A DNA stretch of 59,463 nt, counting the filler. It is 6 parts of 6 records of this genome, joined end to end, with 100 filler letters (N's around TTAATTAATTAA, not from the genome) between each part and the next. Parts side by side here need not be neighbours in the genome. Positions count along the whole stretch, not along the records: positions 43,498 to 52,018 come from SRR31156797_20126; positions 52,119 to 59,463 come from SRR31156797_20128; 4 more parts are not named here. One strand, 5' to 3'. Both the position numbers and the translations under genes were made by a program. The notes under the pieces are model-generated. The model was not told the DNA's origin. It did not search any database and saw only the letters and a program-made list of their open reading frames with translations. The stretch's first letter is position 1. Every line of letters begins with the position of its first letter. Shown in pieces: positions 47,897 to 57,016 of the stretch.

Positions 47897-50647
47897 ATGA
47901 GACAAAAGTTAATTGTTGTGGTGATGTTTCTAATGGTTGGATTGGGAACAGCATGGGCTCAGCAAGGGTTTTTAAAAGGAAAAATTACCGACAAGAATAC
48001 GGGAGAAGAATTAGTTGGTGCAGCAGTGGTTGTAGATGGAACCACCTTAGGAACTATTACTGATTTTATGGGAGAGTATATGATGCCTCCTTTGGAACCA
48101 GGGACTTATACTATTAGAATACAATACATTTCTTACGATCCACTTTTGTTTAATGATGTGGTAATTAAAACAGGAGAAGAAACGGTTTTAAATGCGCAAC
48201 TTTCTCAAGCTACAATGGATATTGAAGAAGTAGCAGTGGTAGCCAAAGCTAATCGAGAGTCTGAAACTATCTTATTGATGGATCAGAAGAAAGCTTCTAT
48301 AATTAAAGAAAGTATTGGAGCAAAGCAGTTAACTACTATGGGCGTTTCTGATGCTGCAACAGCAACTTCAAAAATATCAGGGGTTACTAAAAATGAGGGT
48401 TCCGGGGATATTTATATCAGGGGTTTAGGAGATAGATATCTATCGACAACAATGAATGGTCTTCCAATTCCTTCAGATGACGTTGAGAAAAAGAATATTG
48501 ATTTGAATTTATTATCAACAGGTGTTATTAAAAATATTGCCATTAGTAAAACCTATGATGTTACCAATTATGCTGATCAAACTTCAGGTACAGTGGATAT
48601 CGGTTCAAAAACAAGCAGTAATAGGCTTACAGTAGGTTTATCTGCAAAAAGTAATACTAATGTTTTAAGTGATGGCATCTTTGGAAATTTTAGAGCGACT
48701 CAAAATTATAATGATCAATCATTTGGGTTCTATAATCAACCATATGCGACACTGGATGCAATAACTGATCAAAGCTGGAATACAACGAAAAGAAGTTTTC
48801 CTTTGGGATTAGGTTTTTCCATTTTAGGAGGTAAAAAGATCAAGCTATTTGAAAAGGATTTATCTGTTTTTGCAACATTAGGGCATACTAGCGAAAGTGA
48901 GTATCGCAAGGGATCATTTAAAAGATTCAGATCTAATATTTTAGATAATAGTTTTTCTGATGTTGAAAATTACCTGACTACTTATAATACCACCGGACTT
49001 GTAAACTTAACCTATGATTTAAATGTCAATCATAACTTGTCTTTTAATAGTTTAGCCCTATTAAAAACAAAAGATGGTCTCTACGAGTCGGGTAGGAATA
49101 GTTTAGGTTATGTATTTGATCAGGATCCTCAGGAAGAAGGGGCTTTTGTTAGAGATCAAAACCTGAAAGAAACCAGATTGATTATTAATCAATTATTAGG
49201 TAAGCATCAGTTCGGAGAAAATCAACTAGTAAAATGGGGAGTTGCTTATAACTATGTGAAAGCAGATGAGCCTAATCGTATCAGAAATGAAGTTAATATT
49301 TTAGATGCAACTACAGTTCAGTTTGCACACGTAGGTGATTTCCAACAAAGAAAATCATCTCAAAGAATTGAAGACTCAGAAATTAATGGTTATATCAATG
49401 ATCAGATAAAATTAATTGATGAGGAAAGTAAGAAGTTAGACTTAAATATCGGAGGTAACTTTCGAGTGAAAGAAAGGGGTTTCAGCTCATTATTTATCGG
49501 AGTAAGAGCTAAAGGAGTTCAGTTTTCTTCTATTGATAATTTTGACGAGGCGCTGCTTAATTCAAGCCTTTATAATTCAGATGATCTTATAATACGCGAA
49601 AGAAATCCTGACTTATATAATGCAAAATTGGGTGTTTATTCAGGGTATGCTAAGCTAGGTGCAGAATTCAATAAAGTGTCCGGTAGTCTGGGTATTCGTT
49701 ATGAACTGGATCAAATGGATGTAGAATGGGATGTAGCAAATTATGTTGGTAGAACTGGAGACTTATCCAATGAGTACAACAATATCTTACCTTCTTTAAA
49801 TCTAAAATATCAGTTATCTGAGAATAGTGCATTGCGCTTAGCGATAAGCAAAACGATAACCTTGCCAGAATTTAAGGAGGTAGCTCCGTTTGAATATGTA
49901 TCCCAAACAGGAAGGGTAATGGCAGGTAATCCGGATCTTAAAAATTCTGAGAATTATAATGTGGATTTAAAATGGGAAATGTTTCCAAGTGCTAAGGATT
50001 TAGTTTCGGTATCTGCATTTTATAAACAAATTAATGATCCTATTAATTTAGCTCAGACGCGTGGCTCTTCAGGTAATTTTAAATATGAGAATACTGGAGA
50101 GCAGGCTAATGTGTACGGTTTAGAATTTGAAACTCGCTTTAGTGTAATAAAAGCACCTGAAGCAGATATGCCTGGTCTTGATTTGGTTCTTAATGCCACT
50201 AAAATGTGGTTTAATCAGGATCTGTTAGATGAGTTTAAATACAACAATAAAACAGAAACGGATTTACAAGGTGCTTCTGGTTTTATTACAAATGGTGCTT
50301 TTGTATTCTCCAACAACAAAGAGAAGGAGTTTAATGCTACAATTAGCGCGAACTATTCATCGGATAAGATTTTTGCATTGGGTGCGCCTGAAGATTATGT
50401 AAATAGTGCGACTCTTTATAATAGTGAAATTATTGAGAAGGGATTCTTCACCCTAGATCTTGTTTTAAGTAAGAAAATATCAAATCGAATTTCATTAAGA
50501 TTTACTGGTAAAAACTTGTTGAATCCAAGTATCGAACAAACCCAAGAAGTTACACCACTATCTACCGGTATCAAAACAACAGAAATTGTCGAATCCTATA
50601 AAAAAGGAATCTCATTAAAGTTCGGAGTTAATATTAATCTGAACTAA
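47897..50647 (+). CDS. TonB-dependent receptor with N-terminal carboxypeptidase-regulatory-like domain
   Basis: Signal peptide, GKITDKNTGEELVGA, plug IYIRGLGDRY, GNPDLK, NLLNP, beta-barrel C-terminus. Confidence 0.92.
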   Translation: MRQKLIVVVMFLMVGLGTAWAQQGFLKGKITDKNTGEELVGAAVVVDGTTLGTITDFMGEYMMPPLEPGTYTIRIQYISYDPLLFNDVVIKTGEETVLNAQLSQATMDIEEVAVVAKANRESETILLMDQKKASIIKESIGAKQLTTMGVSDAATATSKISGVTKNEGSGDIYIRGLGDRYLSTTMNGLPIPSDDVEKKNIDLNLLSTGVIKNIAISKTYDVTNYADQTSGTVDIGSKTSSNRLTVGLSAKSNTNVLSDGIFGNFRATQNYNDQSFGFYNQPYATLDAITDQSWNTTKRSFPLGLGFSILGGKKIKLFEKDLSVFATLGHTSESEYRKGSFKRFRSNILDNSFSDVENYLTTYNTTGLVNLTYDLNVNHNLSFNSLALLKTKDGLYESGRNSLGYVFDQDPQEEGAFVRDQNLKETRLIINQLLGKHQFGENQLVKWGVAYNYVKADEPNRIRNEVNILDATTVQFAHVGDFQQRKSSQRIEDSEINGYINDQIKLIDEESKKLDLNIGGNFRVKERGFSSLFIGVRAKGVQFSSIDNFDEALLNSSLYNSDDLIIRERNPDLYNAKLGVYSGYAKLGAEFNKVSGSLGIRYELDQMDVEWDVANYVGRTGDLSNEYNNILPSLNLKYQLSENSALRLAISKTITLPEFKEVAPFEYVSQTGRVMAGNPDLKNSENYNVDLKWEMFPSAKDLVSVSAFYKQINDPINLAQTRGSSGNFKYENTGEQANVYGLEFETRFSVIKAPEADMPGLDLVLNATKMWFNQDLLDEFKYNNKTETDLQGASGFITNGAFVFSNNKEKEFNATISANYSSDKIFALGAPEDYVNSATLYNSEIIEKGFFTLDLVLSKKISNRISLRFTGKNLLNPSIEQTQEVTPLSTGIKTTEIVESYKKGISLKFGVNINLN

Positions 50648-50686
50648 TAAAACTGAAATAAATAAAATACCAAAATTAACAACAAA

Positions 50687-52018
50687 ATGAAAAAATTTGT
50701 ATTCAATGTTTTAGGACTTGCTTTATTAGCAATTTCATTTTTAACTACAAGTTGTAGTGATGATGATCCAAAACCAGTAAGTGAAACTGTAAAAAGTTTA
50801 AAAGATGGTGTAATGAGCGGAAAGATTTCCGAAAACTTTACACTTAATGCTGGTACTCAGTATAAACTAGAGGGATCTTTCATCGTTGAAGATGGAGCTA
50901 AATTAACAATCCCGGCCGGAACTCAAATTGTAGCTGATGCCAAAGGTACTGATGTGTATATTGCTGTATTAAAGGGTGGTATGATTGATATTCAAGGTAC
51001 TGCAACTGATCCTGTTGTAATGTCATCAGAAGATGGAAATCCTGGAGATTGGGGTGGTTTAACTATTTGCGGTAAAGCAACTACTTCAGCAGGAGAAGAT
51101 GCTGAAGCTGAAGTTGGAGGTTTCCTATACGGGGGTACTGAAGACGATGATAACTCAGGATCTATCACTTACTTGGTGATTAAAGGTACAGGTGCTCAAA
51201 TTAATCCGGAATCTCAATATAATGGAGTTTCTTTCTATTCTGTAGGTTCAGCAACGACAGTTGAGAATGTAGCTGTTATTAATGGAGCTGATGATGGTGT
51301 TGAATTCTTCGGTGGAACTGTTTCTGTAAAGAATCTTTTCCTTGAAAATAATGAAGATGATGCTATTGACTGGACTGAGGGTTGGAGCGGATCTGTTGAA
51401 AATGCTTATGTTTCACACACTATAGCTGATTTTTCTACTGTTGTAGAAGGAGATAAAGCTAACAATAATCCAAAGTTGATTAACTTAACTGCTGTTTCAA
51501 CTACAGGTGGTACAGCTTTACAATTTAAAAAAGAATCTGGTGCTACAATCACAGGTCTTAATTTAATTGGATATGATGTAGAGCTTGATATGAAAGATGC
51601 CGGTGCATTATCAAATGTACAAATTGCAGGTGCTGATGCTGATGCTACTTTATTAGACGGCGAGACTAGTAAATATTCATTAAACTCAGGAAAAGATGCT
51701 GCTCAAGTTGATATTTCAGGGTGGACATGGGCTAATACAGGTTTAAGTACAAACTTAAACGGTAACGTTATTGGTGAAGTGACTTTAGATGCTACAGTAG
51801 CCTACACACTTTCCGGATCATATATTGTTCAGGACGGTGGTAAATTAACAATCCCAGCAGGTACAAAAATTACAGCTGCAGCAGGTGGTACTTCTGTTTA
51901 TATTGCTGTGTTAAAAGGAGGAATGATTGACATTCAAGGAACTGCTGATGCGCCAGTTGTTATTTCTTCAGTAGATGCTATACCTGGAGATTGGGGTGGT
52001 TTAACCATTTGTGGTAAA
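50687..52018 (+). CDS. Surface lipoprotein with tandemly repeated putative beta-helix module (3' end lost)
   Basis: Lipobox TTSC followed by SDDD; PGDWGGLTICGK occurs twice; DDGVEFFGG and DDAIDW motifs. Confidence 0.85.
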
Positions 52019-52118
52019 NNNNNNNNNNNNNNNNNNNNNNNNNNNNNNNNNNNNNNNNNNNNTTAATTAATTAANNNNNNNNNNNNNNNNNNNNNNNNNN
52101 NNNNNNNNNNNNNNNNNN
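52019..52118. other. Artificial contig linker
   Basis: N-run + TTAATTAATTAA + N-run. Confidence 0.98.
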
Positions 52119-52150
52119 AAAGGGTTTAAGCCGCCGGAGGCATTCTTCTC

Positions 52151-53419
52151 TTATTTCAAAGTAACTAAGCCGTAGTTCTTTTTACCCTTGCGGATAAGCA
52201 TGCATTCTCCGCCGATAAAATCTTCATCACCGGGAACATAGTCGAAATCAGCAACGCGTTCATTATTGATGTACAGACCGCCGCCCTTGATGTCCTTGCG
52301 AGCCTGACCTTTGGATTTCACCATACCCAGATCAAGCAAGATCTGGGGCAGATCGGGCAGATCACCCTTGACGTATTCAACACCGGGAGCAGCTTCCATG
52401 GCACCACGCAGGGTTGCGGCATCAACAGACTTGATATCGCCTTTGCCGAACAGTGCTGCGGTTGCAGCCTGAACTTTCTCCAGCTCTTCCTTGCCATGGA
52501 TCATGATAGTGGTCTCTTCGGCAAGACGTTTGTGAGCTGCACGCAGGTGCGGTGCTTCCTCGTGCTCTTTTGCGATCTCAGCAATATCTTCCTCGGTAAG
52601 GAAAGTGAAATACTTGAGAAAACTGATTACGTCACGGTCATCAGTGTTGATCCAGAACTGGTAGAAAGTGTACGGGGAAGTCAGTTCAGGATTCAGGAAA
52701 ACAGCGTTACCTTCACTCTTACCGAACTTCTGGCCGGATGCGGTGGTGATCAACGGAAAGGTTACTGCGAAGCCTTCGCCCTGTGCCTTACGGCGAATCA
52801 GTTCACAACCTGCTGTGATGTTACCCCACTGGTCTCCGCCGCCAATCTGGAGTTGGCAGCCTTTTTCCGTAAAAAGATGGTAGTAATCGTAACCCTGCAG
52901 AAGCATGTAGCTGAATTCGGTATAGGAAATACCCACATCATCACGACCGAAACGCCCCTTAACAGATTCCTTGGCCATCATCCAGTTGATGGTGAAATGT
53001 TTACCCACATCGCGCAGCATATCAAGAAAGGAAATCTCTTTCATCCAGTCATAGTTATTCACAACTTCGGCTTTCTCACCGGTGTTGCGCTCGACAAATG
53101 CTTCAATCTGGGCTTTGATATTTGCTGCCTGAGATTCAACCTTATCGATAGAAGTGAACTCCCGTTCCTTGTCCTTACCACTGGGGTCACCAATACGTCC
53201 GGTTGCACCGCCGAGCAGAAACAGCGGATTGTGACCTGCACGCTTCATACGCACAAGGCTGAGCAAAGGAACAAGGTTACCGATATGCAGGCTGTCGGCA
53301 GTGGGGTCGAAGCCGCAATACATGTACTGACCGGGAGTATCCAGATACTCGCGTACCTTCTCTTCGTCAGAAACCTGATTGATCAGCCCTCGCCACTTTA
53401 GTTCGTCGTAAATGTTCAT
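52151..53419 (-). CDS. tyrS: Tyrosine--tRNA ligase
   Basis: GFDPTADSLHIGN (HIGH), QIGGGDQWGN, KFGKS (KMSKS), S4 domain; start ATG 53419 after AGAGG. Confidence 0.97.
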   Translation of the reverse strand: MNIYDELKWRGLINQVSDEEKVREYLDTPGQYMYCGFDPTADSLHIGNLVPLLSLVRMKRAGHNPLFLLGGATGRIGDPSGKDKEREFTSIDKVESQAANIKAQIEAFVERNTGEKAEVVNNYDWMKEISFLDMLRDVGKHFTINWMMAKESVKGRFGRDDVGISYTEFSYMLLQGYDYYHLFTEKGCQLQIGGGDQWGNITAGCELIRRKAQGEGFAVTFPLITTASGQKFGKSEGNAVFLNPELTSPYTFYQFWINTDDRDVISFLKYFTFLTEEDIAEIAKEHEEAPHLRAAHKRLAEETTIMIHGKEELEKVQAATAALFGKGDIKSVDAATLRGAMEAAPGVEYVKGDLPDLPQILLDLGMVKSKGQARKDIKGGGLYINNERVADFDYVPGDEDFIGGECMLIRKGKKNYGLVTLK

Positions 53420-53546
53420 TTGGTTAAACCTCTTTAGAATGAATTTATTTGCCTGCATTAGGCTTATTGCCTGCCGGCGGACTCTTCAAAAACTTTTATA
53501 AGCTTCGCGGAGTCTGCTTTGGGCAGTTATTTTTTATGAAATTTTA

Positions 53547-54335
53547 TTATACGGTCATACGGCCCGAATTATATGTCTCAATTGAGACAGTCCGGCCTGT
53601 TTCTTCATCTATTTCGAGCAACACGCCCTGTAATTCGATAGGACCACCTGCCACTTTCCACTTCTGAGGCAGTCCGGTCACGAATCTTTTGATTACCGGA
53701 TTAGGACTTAAGCCAAGGCATGATTCTACAGGTCCGCACATTCCTGCATCGGTAATGTATCCGGTTCCGTTTTCGAAAATGTGAGCATCATTAGTCTGCA
53801 CGTGGGTGTGGGTACCAAGCATTGCGCTGACACGCCCATCCAGATAGCGCCCAAGGCTCTGCTTCTCCGAAGTGGCCTCGGCATGGAAATCAACCAGAAT
53901 AATTTTAATCTCCGAATCGAGTTCCTCTAAAATTTTGTCTGCATACTTAAACGGGCATTCCACCGGGTCCATAAAAACACGGCCTTGCAAATTGATAACC
54001 GCAACGGGCACTTCATCACGGACTTTAAAAGATGTCCAGCCCCTTCCACGGGTTCCTTCCGGCAGGTTTGCCGGACGCACAATCCGATCACTTGTCTTCA
54101 AAAAAGAATAAATATTACTGAATTTCCAGATATGATTACCGGAAGTGAGAAGATCAATCCCATAATCAAGGAGCTGCTGGGCGTTTTTGATTGAAAGCCC
54201 GATTCCCTGCGAAGCGTTCTCCCCGTTAGCAATAATCAGATCAAGGTCCAACTCTTCACGAAGCACCTTAACCTTAGCGGCAATCCCCTTCCGTCCGGGT
54301 CTGCCGAAGATGTCACCTAAAAACAATATACGCAT
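53547..54335 (-). CDS. ymdB: YmdB/TIGR00282-family metallophosphoesterase
   Basis: LGDIFGRPG, NGEN, SGNH, DFHAEATSEK, GTHTHV; follows rny. Confidence 0.92.
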   Translation of the reverse strand: MRILFLGDIFGRPGRKGIAAKVKVLREELDLDLIIANGENASQGIGLSIKNAQQLLDYGIDLLTSGNHIWKFSNIYSFLKTSDRIVRPANLPEGTRGRGWTSFKVRDEVPVAVINLQGRVFMDPVECPFKYADKILEELDSEIKIILVDFHAEATSEKQSLGRYLDGRVSAMLGTHTHVQTNDAHIFENGTGYITDAGMCGPVESCLGLSPNPVIKRFVTGLPQKWKVAGGPIELQGVLLEIDEETGRTVSIETYNSGRMTV

Positions 54336-54389
54336 GGGATTCTTTTTTGATTTTGCTGAATAAAAACCAGACTTAAACTAATAAGGAGT

Positions 54390-54450
54390 GCAGAGGGGCT
54401 TAGCCCTTCTGCCCGCCGGAGGCGAAATCTATTAAAAGCGCGCGAAGCGC
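54390..54450. repeat. Short REP-like palindromic element
   Basis: Hairpin GCAGAGGGGC-TTA-GCCCTTCTGC, then CCGCCGGAGGC (also at 52131-52141), then GCGC-GAA-GCGC. Confidence 0.45.
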
Positions 54451-54471
54451 ATCAAATCAACTATTAAAGAA

Positions 54472-54494
54472 AAGGCCCGGTGAACCGGGCCTTT
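54472..54494 (-). terminator. Terminator after rny
   Basis: AAAGGCCCGGT-GA-ACCGGGCCTTT; T-rich tail on the minus strand. Confidence 0.8.
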
Positions 54495-54505
54495 CGGGAA
54501 GTTAT

Positions 54506-56062
54506 TTACTTAGCATAGCCCACCGAGCGCCGTTCGCGGATAACGGTCACGCGAATCTGGCCTGGATAGGTCATGTTGTTTTCAATCTTGGTAGCAATGT
54601 CTTTACAGAGCATGTGAGTGTTATCGTCAGAGACTTTCTCTGCATCAACCATAACCCTAATCTCACGGCCGGCCTGAATGGCATAGGCTTTGGATACTCC
54701 GTCAAAACAGGTAGCCACGTTTTCAAGCTCTTCAAGGCGCTTAACGTAGTTTTCCAGCAGTTCCTTACGCGCACCGGGACGGGCACCAGACAAGGAGTCA
54801 GCAGCCTGAACGAGGGTAGCTAGTACGGATTTAGGCGGGATATCTTCGTGGTGGGCCTGAATAGCATGGATGATCTCTTTGGATTCACCATGCTTCTTGG
54901 CCAGATCAGCACCGATAACAGCGTGGGGACCTTCGATTTCGTGGTCCACAGCCTTACCGATATCATGCAGGAGACCTGCGCGCTTGGCGATCTTTTCGTC
55001 CATGCCCAATTCAGCAGCCATGATTCCACAGAGGAATGCCACCTCAAGGGAGTGCTGAAGCACATTCTGAGAGAAACTGGTGCGGTACTGCAGCTGACCG
55101 ATAAGCTTGACGATTTCGGGATGAATACCGTGTACGCCAACATCAAAGGTTGCCTGCTCGCCGATTTCACGAAGCTTGACGTCCATTTCCTGCTCAACTT
55201 TGTTGACGATATCTTCAATGCGAGCGGGGTGGATACGTCCATCGTGGATCAGACGCTCAAGAGCCTGCTTGGCCACTTCGCGGCGCAACGGGCTGTAGGC
55301 GGACAGAACAACTGTTTCCGGAGTATCATCAATGATCAGGTCAACACCTGTAGCAGCTTCAAGAGCACGGATGTTACGGCCTTCACGTCCGATGATGCGG
55401 CCCTTCATGTCTTCGGAAGGAAGGGTCACAGCTGTGACGGTCTGTTCGTTGACGTAATCGCCTGAGTAACGCTGGATAGCGAGGGCGAGAATTTTGCGAG
55501 CCTTGCGGGTTCCCTCTTCCTTGGCTTCCATTTCAATGGCGCGAACCATTTTGGCTGCCTCGTGGCGGGTCCTGCTTTCAATTTCAGTCATGAGCTTTTC
55601 ACGCGCTTCCTCCACAGTCAGCCCGGAAACTTCCTGCAATTTGCGTTCATGCTCATCTTTTCTTTTCTCAAGATCTTCGCGAAGACCTTCAAGCTTCTTT
55701 TCCTGCTTGATCATGCGCTTTTCAAGAGTAACAACTTCGGACTCTTTACTGGCTACTTTCTCAAGCTTATTCTCAAGACGCTCTTCTTTTTCCTGGAGGC
55801 GCTCCTCCTGCCTTTTCAGGCCGCGCTCCATTTCTTTGTACTCATTTTCCTGCTCTTTTTTCAGAGCATAAACCTCGTCCTGACCCTGAAGCTTGATTTC
55901 CTTTTTCATGGCTTCAGCTTCTTTACGGGCTTCCTGGACGATACGGTCAGCCAGTCCTTGCGAATCGGCCAGACGTTTGGAATTCACGTACCTATGCAGA
56001 GCGTAACCGCCTGCGGCACCTAGGGCGATTCCAAATAAAATCAGAAAAAAATCCCCAAACAT
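54506..56062 (-). CDS. rny: Ribonuclease Y
   Basis: TM anchor, coiled coil, KH domain KGRIIGREGRNIR, HD domain LHDIGKA, RPGAR. Confidence 0.97.
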   Translation of the reverse strand: MFGDFFLILFGIALGAAGGYALHRYVNSKRLADSQGLADRIVQEARKEAEAMKKEIKLQGQDEVYALKKEQENEYKEMERGLKRQEERLQEKEERLENKLEKVASKESEVVTLEKRMIKQEKKLEGLREDLEKRKDEHERKLQEVSGLTVEEAREKLMTEIESRTRHEAAKMVRAIEMEAKEEGTRKARKILALAIQRYSGDYVNEQTVTAVTLPSEDMKGRIIGREGRNIRALEAATGVDLIIDDTPETVVLSAYSPLRREVAKQALERLIHDGRIHPARIEDIVNKVEQEMDVKLREIGEQATFDVGVHGIHPEIVKLIGQLQYRTSFSQNVLQHSLEVAFLCGIMAAELGMDEKIAKRAGLLHDIGKAVDHEIEGPHAVIGADLAKKHGESKEIIHAIQAHHEDIPPKSVLATLVQAADSLSGARPGARKELLENYVKRLEELENVATCFDGVSKAYAIQAGREIRVMVDAEKVSDDNTHMLCKDIATKIENNMTYPGQIRVTVIRERRSVGYAK

Positions 56063-56260
56063 GCCTTTCTCCTTTGTATGTTGACAGGCCTCAAGGGACC
56101 TGATTCGTCATTACCGATTAGTACAATCGGAAAGATTATAACAATCTGCAATGGAAAGAAGAGAATTAAAGGCTGAATGAGGTGTATTTTAAGTGGACCG
56201 GTAGAAAAATTTAATAAATTAAACCTGTAAATTCATACCAAGGTCGAAATTCCCAAAGAA

Positions 56261-56442
56261 GGGACCCCGGAGATGCCGTGTTGCCGTATACGTTAGAACC
56301 TAGTCTAACAGGTGGGCGCTGCCCCCGGAATTTCAGGCTTCCCGGTCGAACCGGGCCTGCACACCACTCCGGTGATGCTTGCTCCCTTACTTTTTATATT
56401 GGTTCAAAAGCCATAGGGCAATCACGCACTCCCCAGGGAAAT
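56261..56442 (-). ncRNA. ssrS: 6S RNA
   Basis: About 180 nt between zapA and rny (known synteny); 5' CCCTGGGGAGTGCGTGATTGCC pairs with 3' GGCAACACGGCATCTCCGGGG; GAACC/GGTTC flank an A-rich central bubble. Ends are approximate. Confidence 0.85.
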
Positions 56443-56480
56443 TTCTTTATATCTTAAAAAGCAGTGCTATGCACAGCTTA

Positions 56481-56729
56481 TCACTTCTCTAACAGCGCGT
56501 TTATTTTCTCTTCCATTGTTTCGAGCTTGCGGCTGTGTTCAAGGTAATCATCGGCCAGACTAAGAGCCAGACAGGTAAGCAACTTCTCCCTACTGACATC
56601 TTTTCCGCCCCGGGTAAGCTCGCCAAATCTCTCTTCGAGCACATCTTTTGCGGCTATTATTCTTTCTTTGTCCGCATCGGTCTTGAATGAAATCTCAAGT
56701 CCGAGAACGGGAATAGTATAACGGGGCAT
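56481..56729 (-). CDS. zapA: Cell division protein ZapA
   Basis: 82 aa; VLGLEISF...LALSLADDYL plus coiled tail; upstream of 6S RNA. Confidence 0.85.
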   Translation of the reverse strand: MPRYTIPVLGLEISFKTDADKERIIAAKDVLEERFGELTRGGKDVSREKLLTCLALSLADDYLEHSRKLETMEEKINALLEK

Positions 56730-56808
56730 ATTTATCCGGTGACAGTCTTCCTGTAGAATTTATATAAATCCGGCCCTTACTTTTGCAGGGGAACGGATCT
56801 GAAAACCC

Positions 56809-56985
56809 TTATTCGATGGTACCTTCAACTTTGTTCAGGAGAACCTCAATGCGACTGTGGACTTCGTCCTTACGCTGTTTCTCCTGCTCAAGTTCCTCAA
56901 GAAGAAAAGCATTTTCTTCTTCGAGTTGCTTAATCTTTTGCAGCATCTTATCGAAACGTTCTTCCAAATGAGCGATTATTTCCAT
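56809..56985 (-). CDS. ZapB-like small coiled-coil protein (58 aa; not in the ORF track)
   Basis: Manual translation: MEIIAHLEERFDKMLQKIKQLEEENAFLLEELEQEKQRKDEVHSRIEVLLNKVEGTIE*; AGGA RBS; upstream of zapA. Confidence 0.8.
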   Translation of the reverse strand: MEIIAHLEERFDKMLQKIKQLEEENAFLLEELEQEKQRKDEVHSRIEVLLNKVEGTIE

Positions 56986-57016
56986 AGTCCTAACCTAATA
57001 CCTTATCTTTACAAAA

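Noticed and set aside
52496-53401. 301-aa plus-strand ORF, and similar ORFs opposite rny, glmU and atpC
   Set aside because: Antisense shadows of conserved housekeeping genes.
53420-53546. T-box riboswitch upstream of tyrS
   Set aside because: The gap is only 127 nt and has no AAGGTGGxACCRCG T-box sequence.
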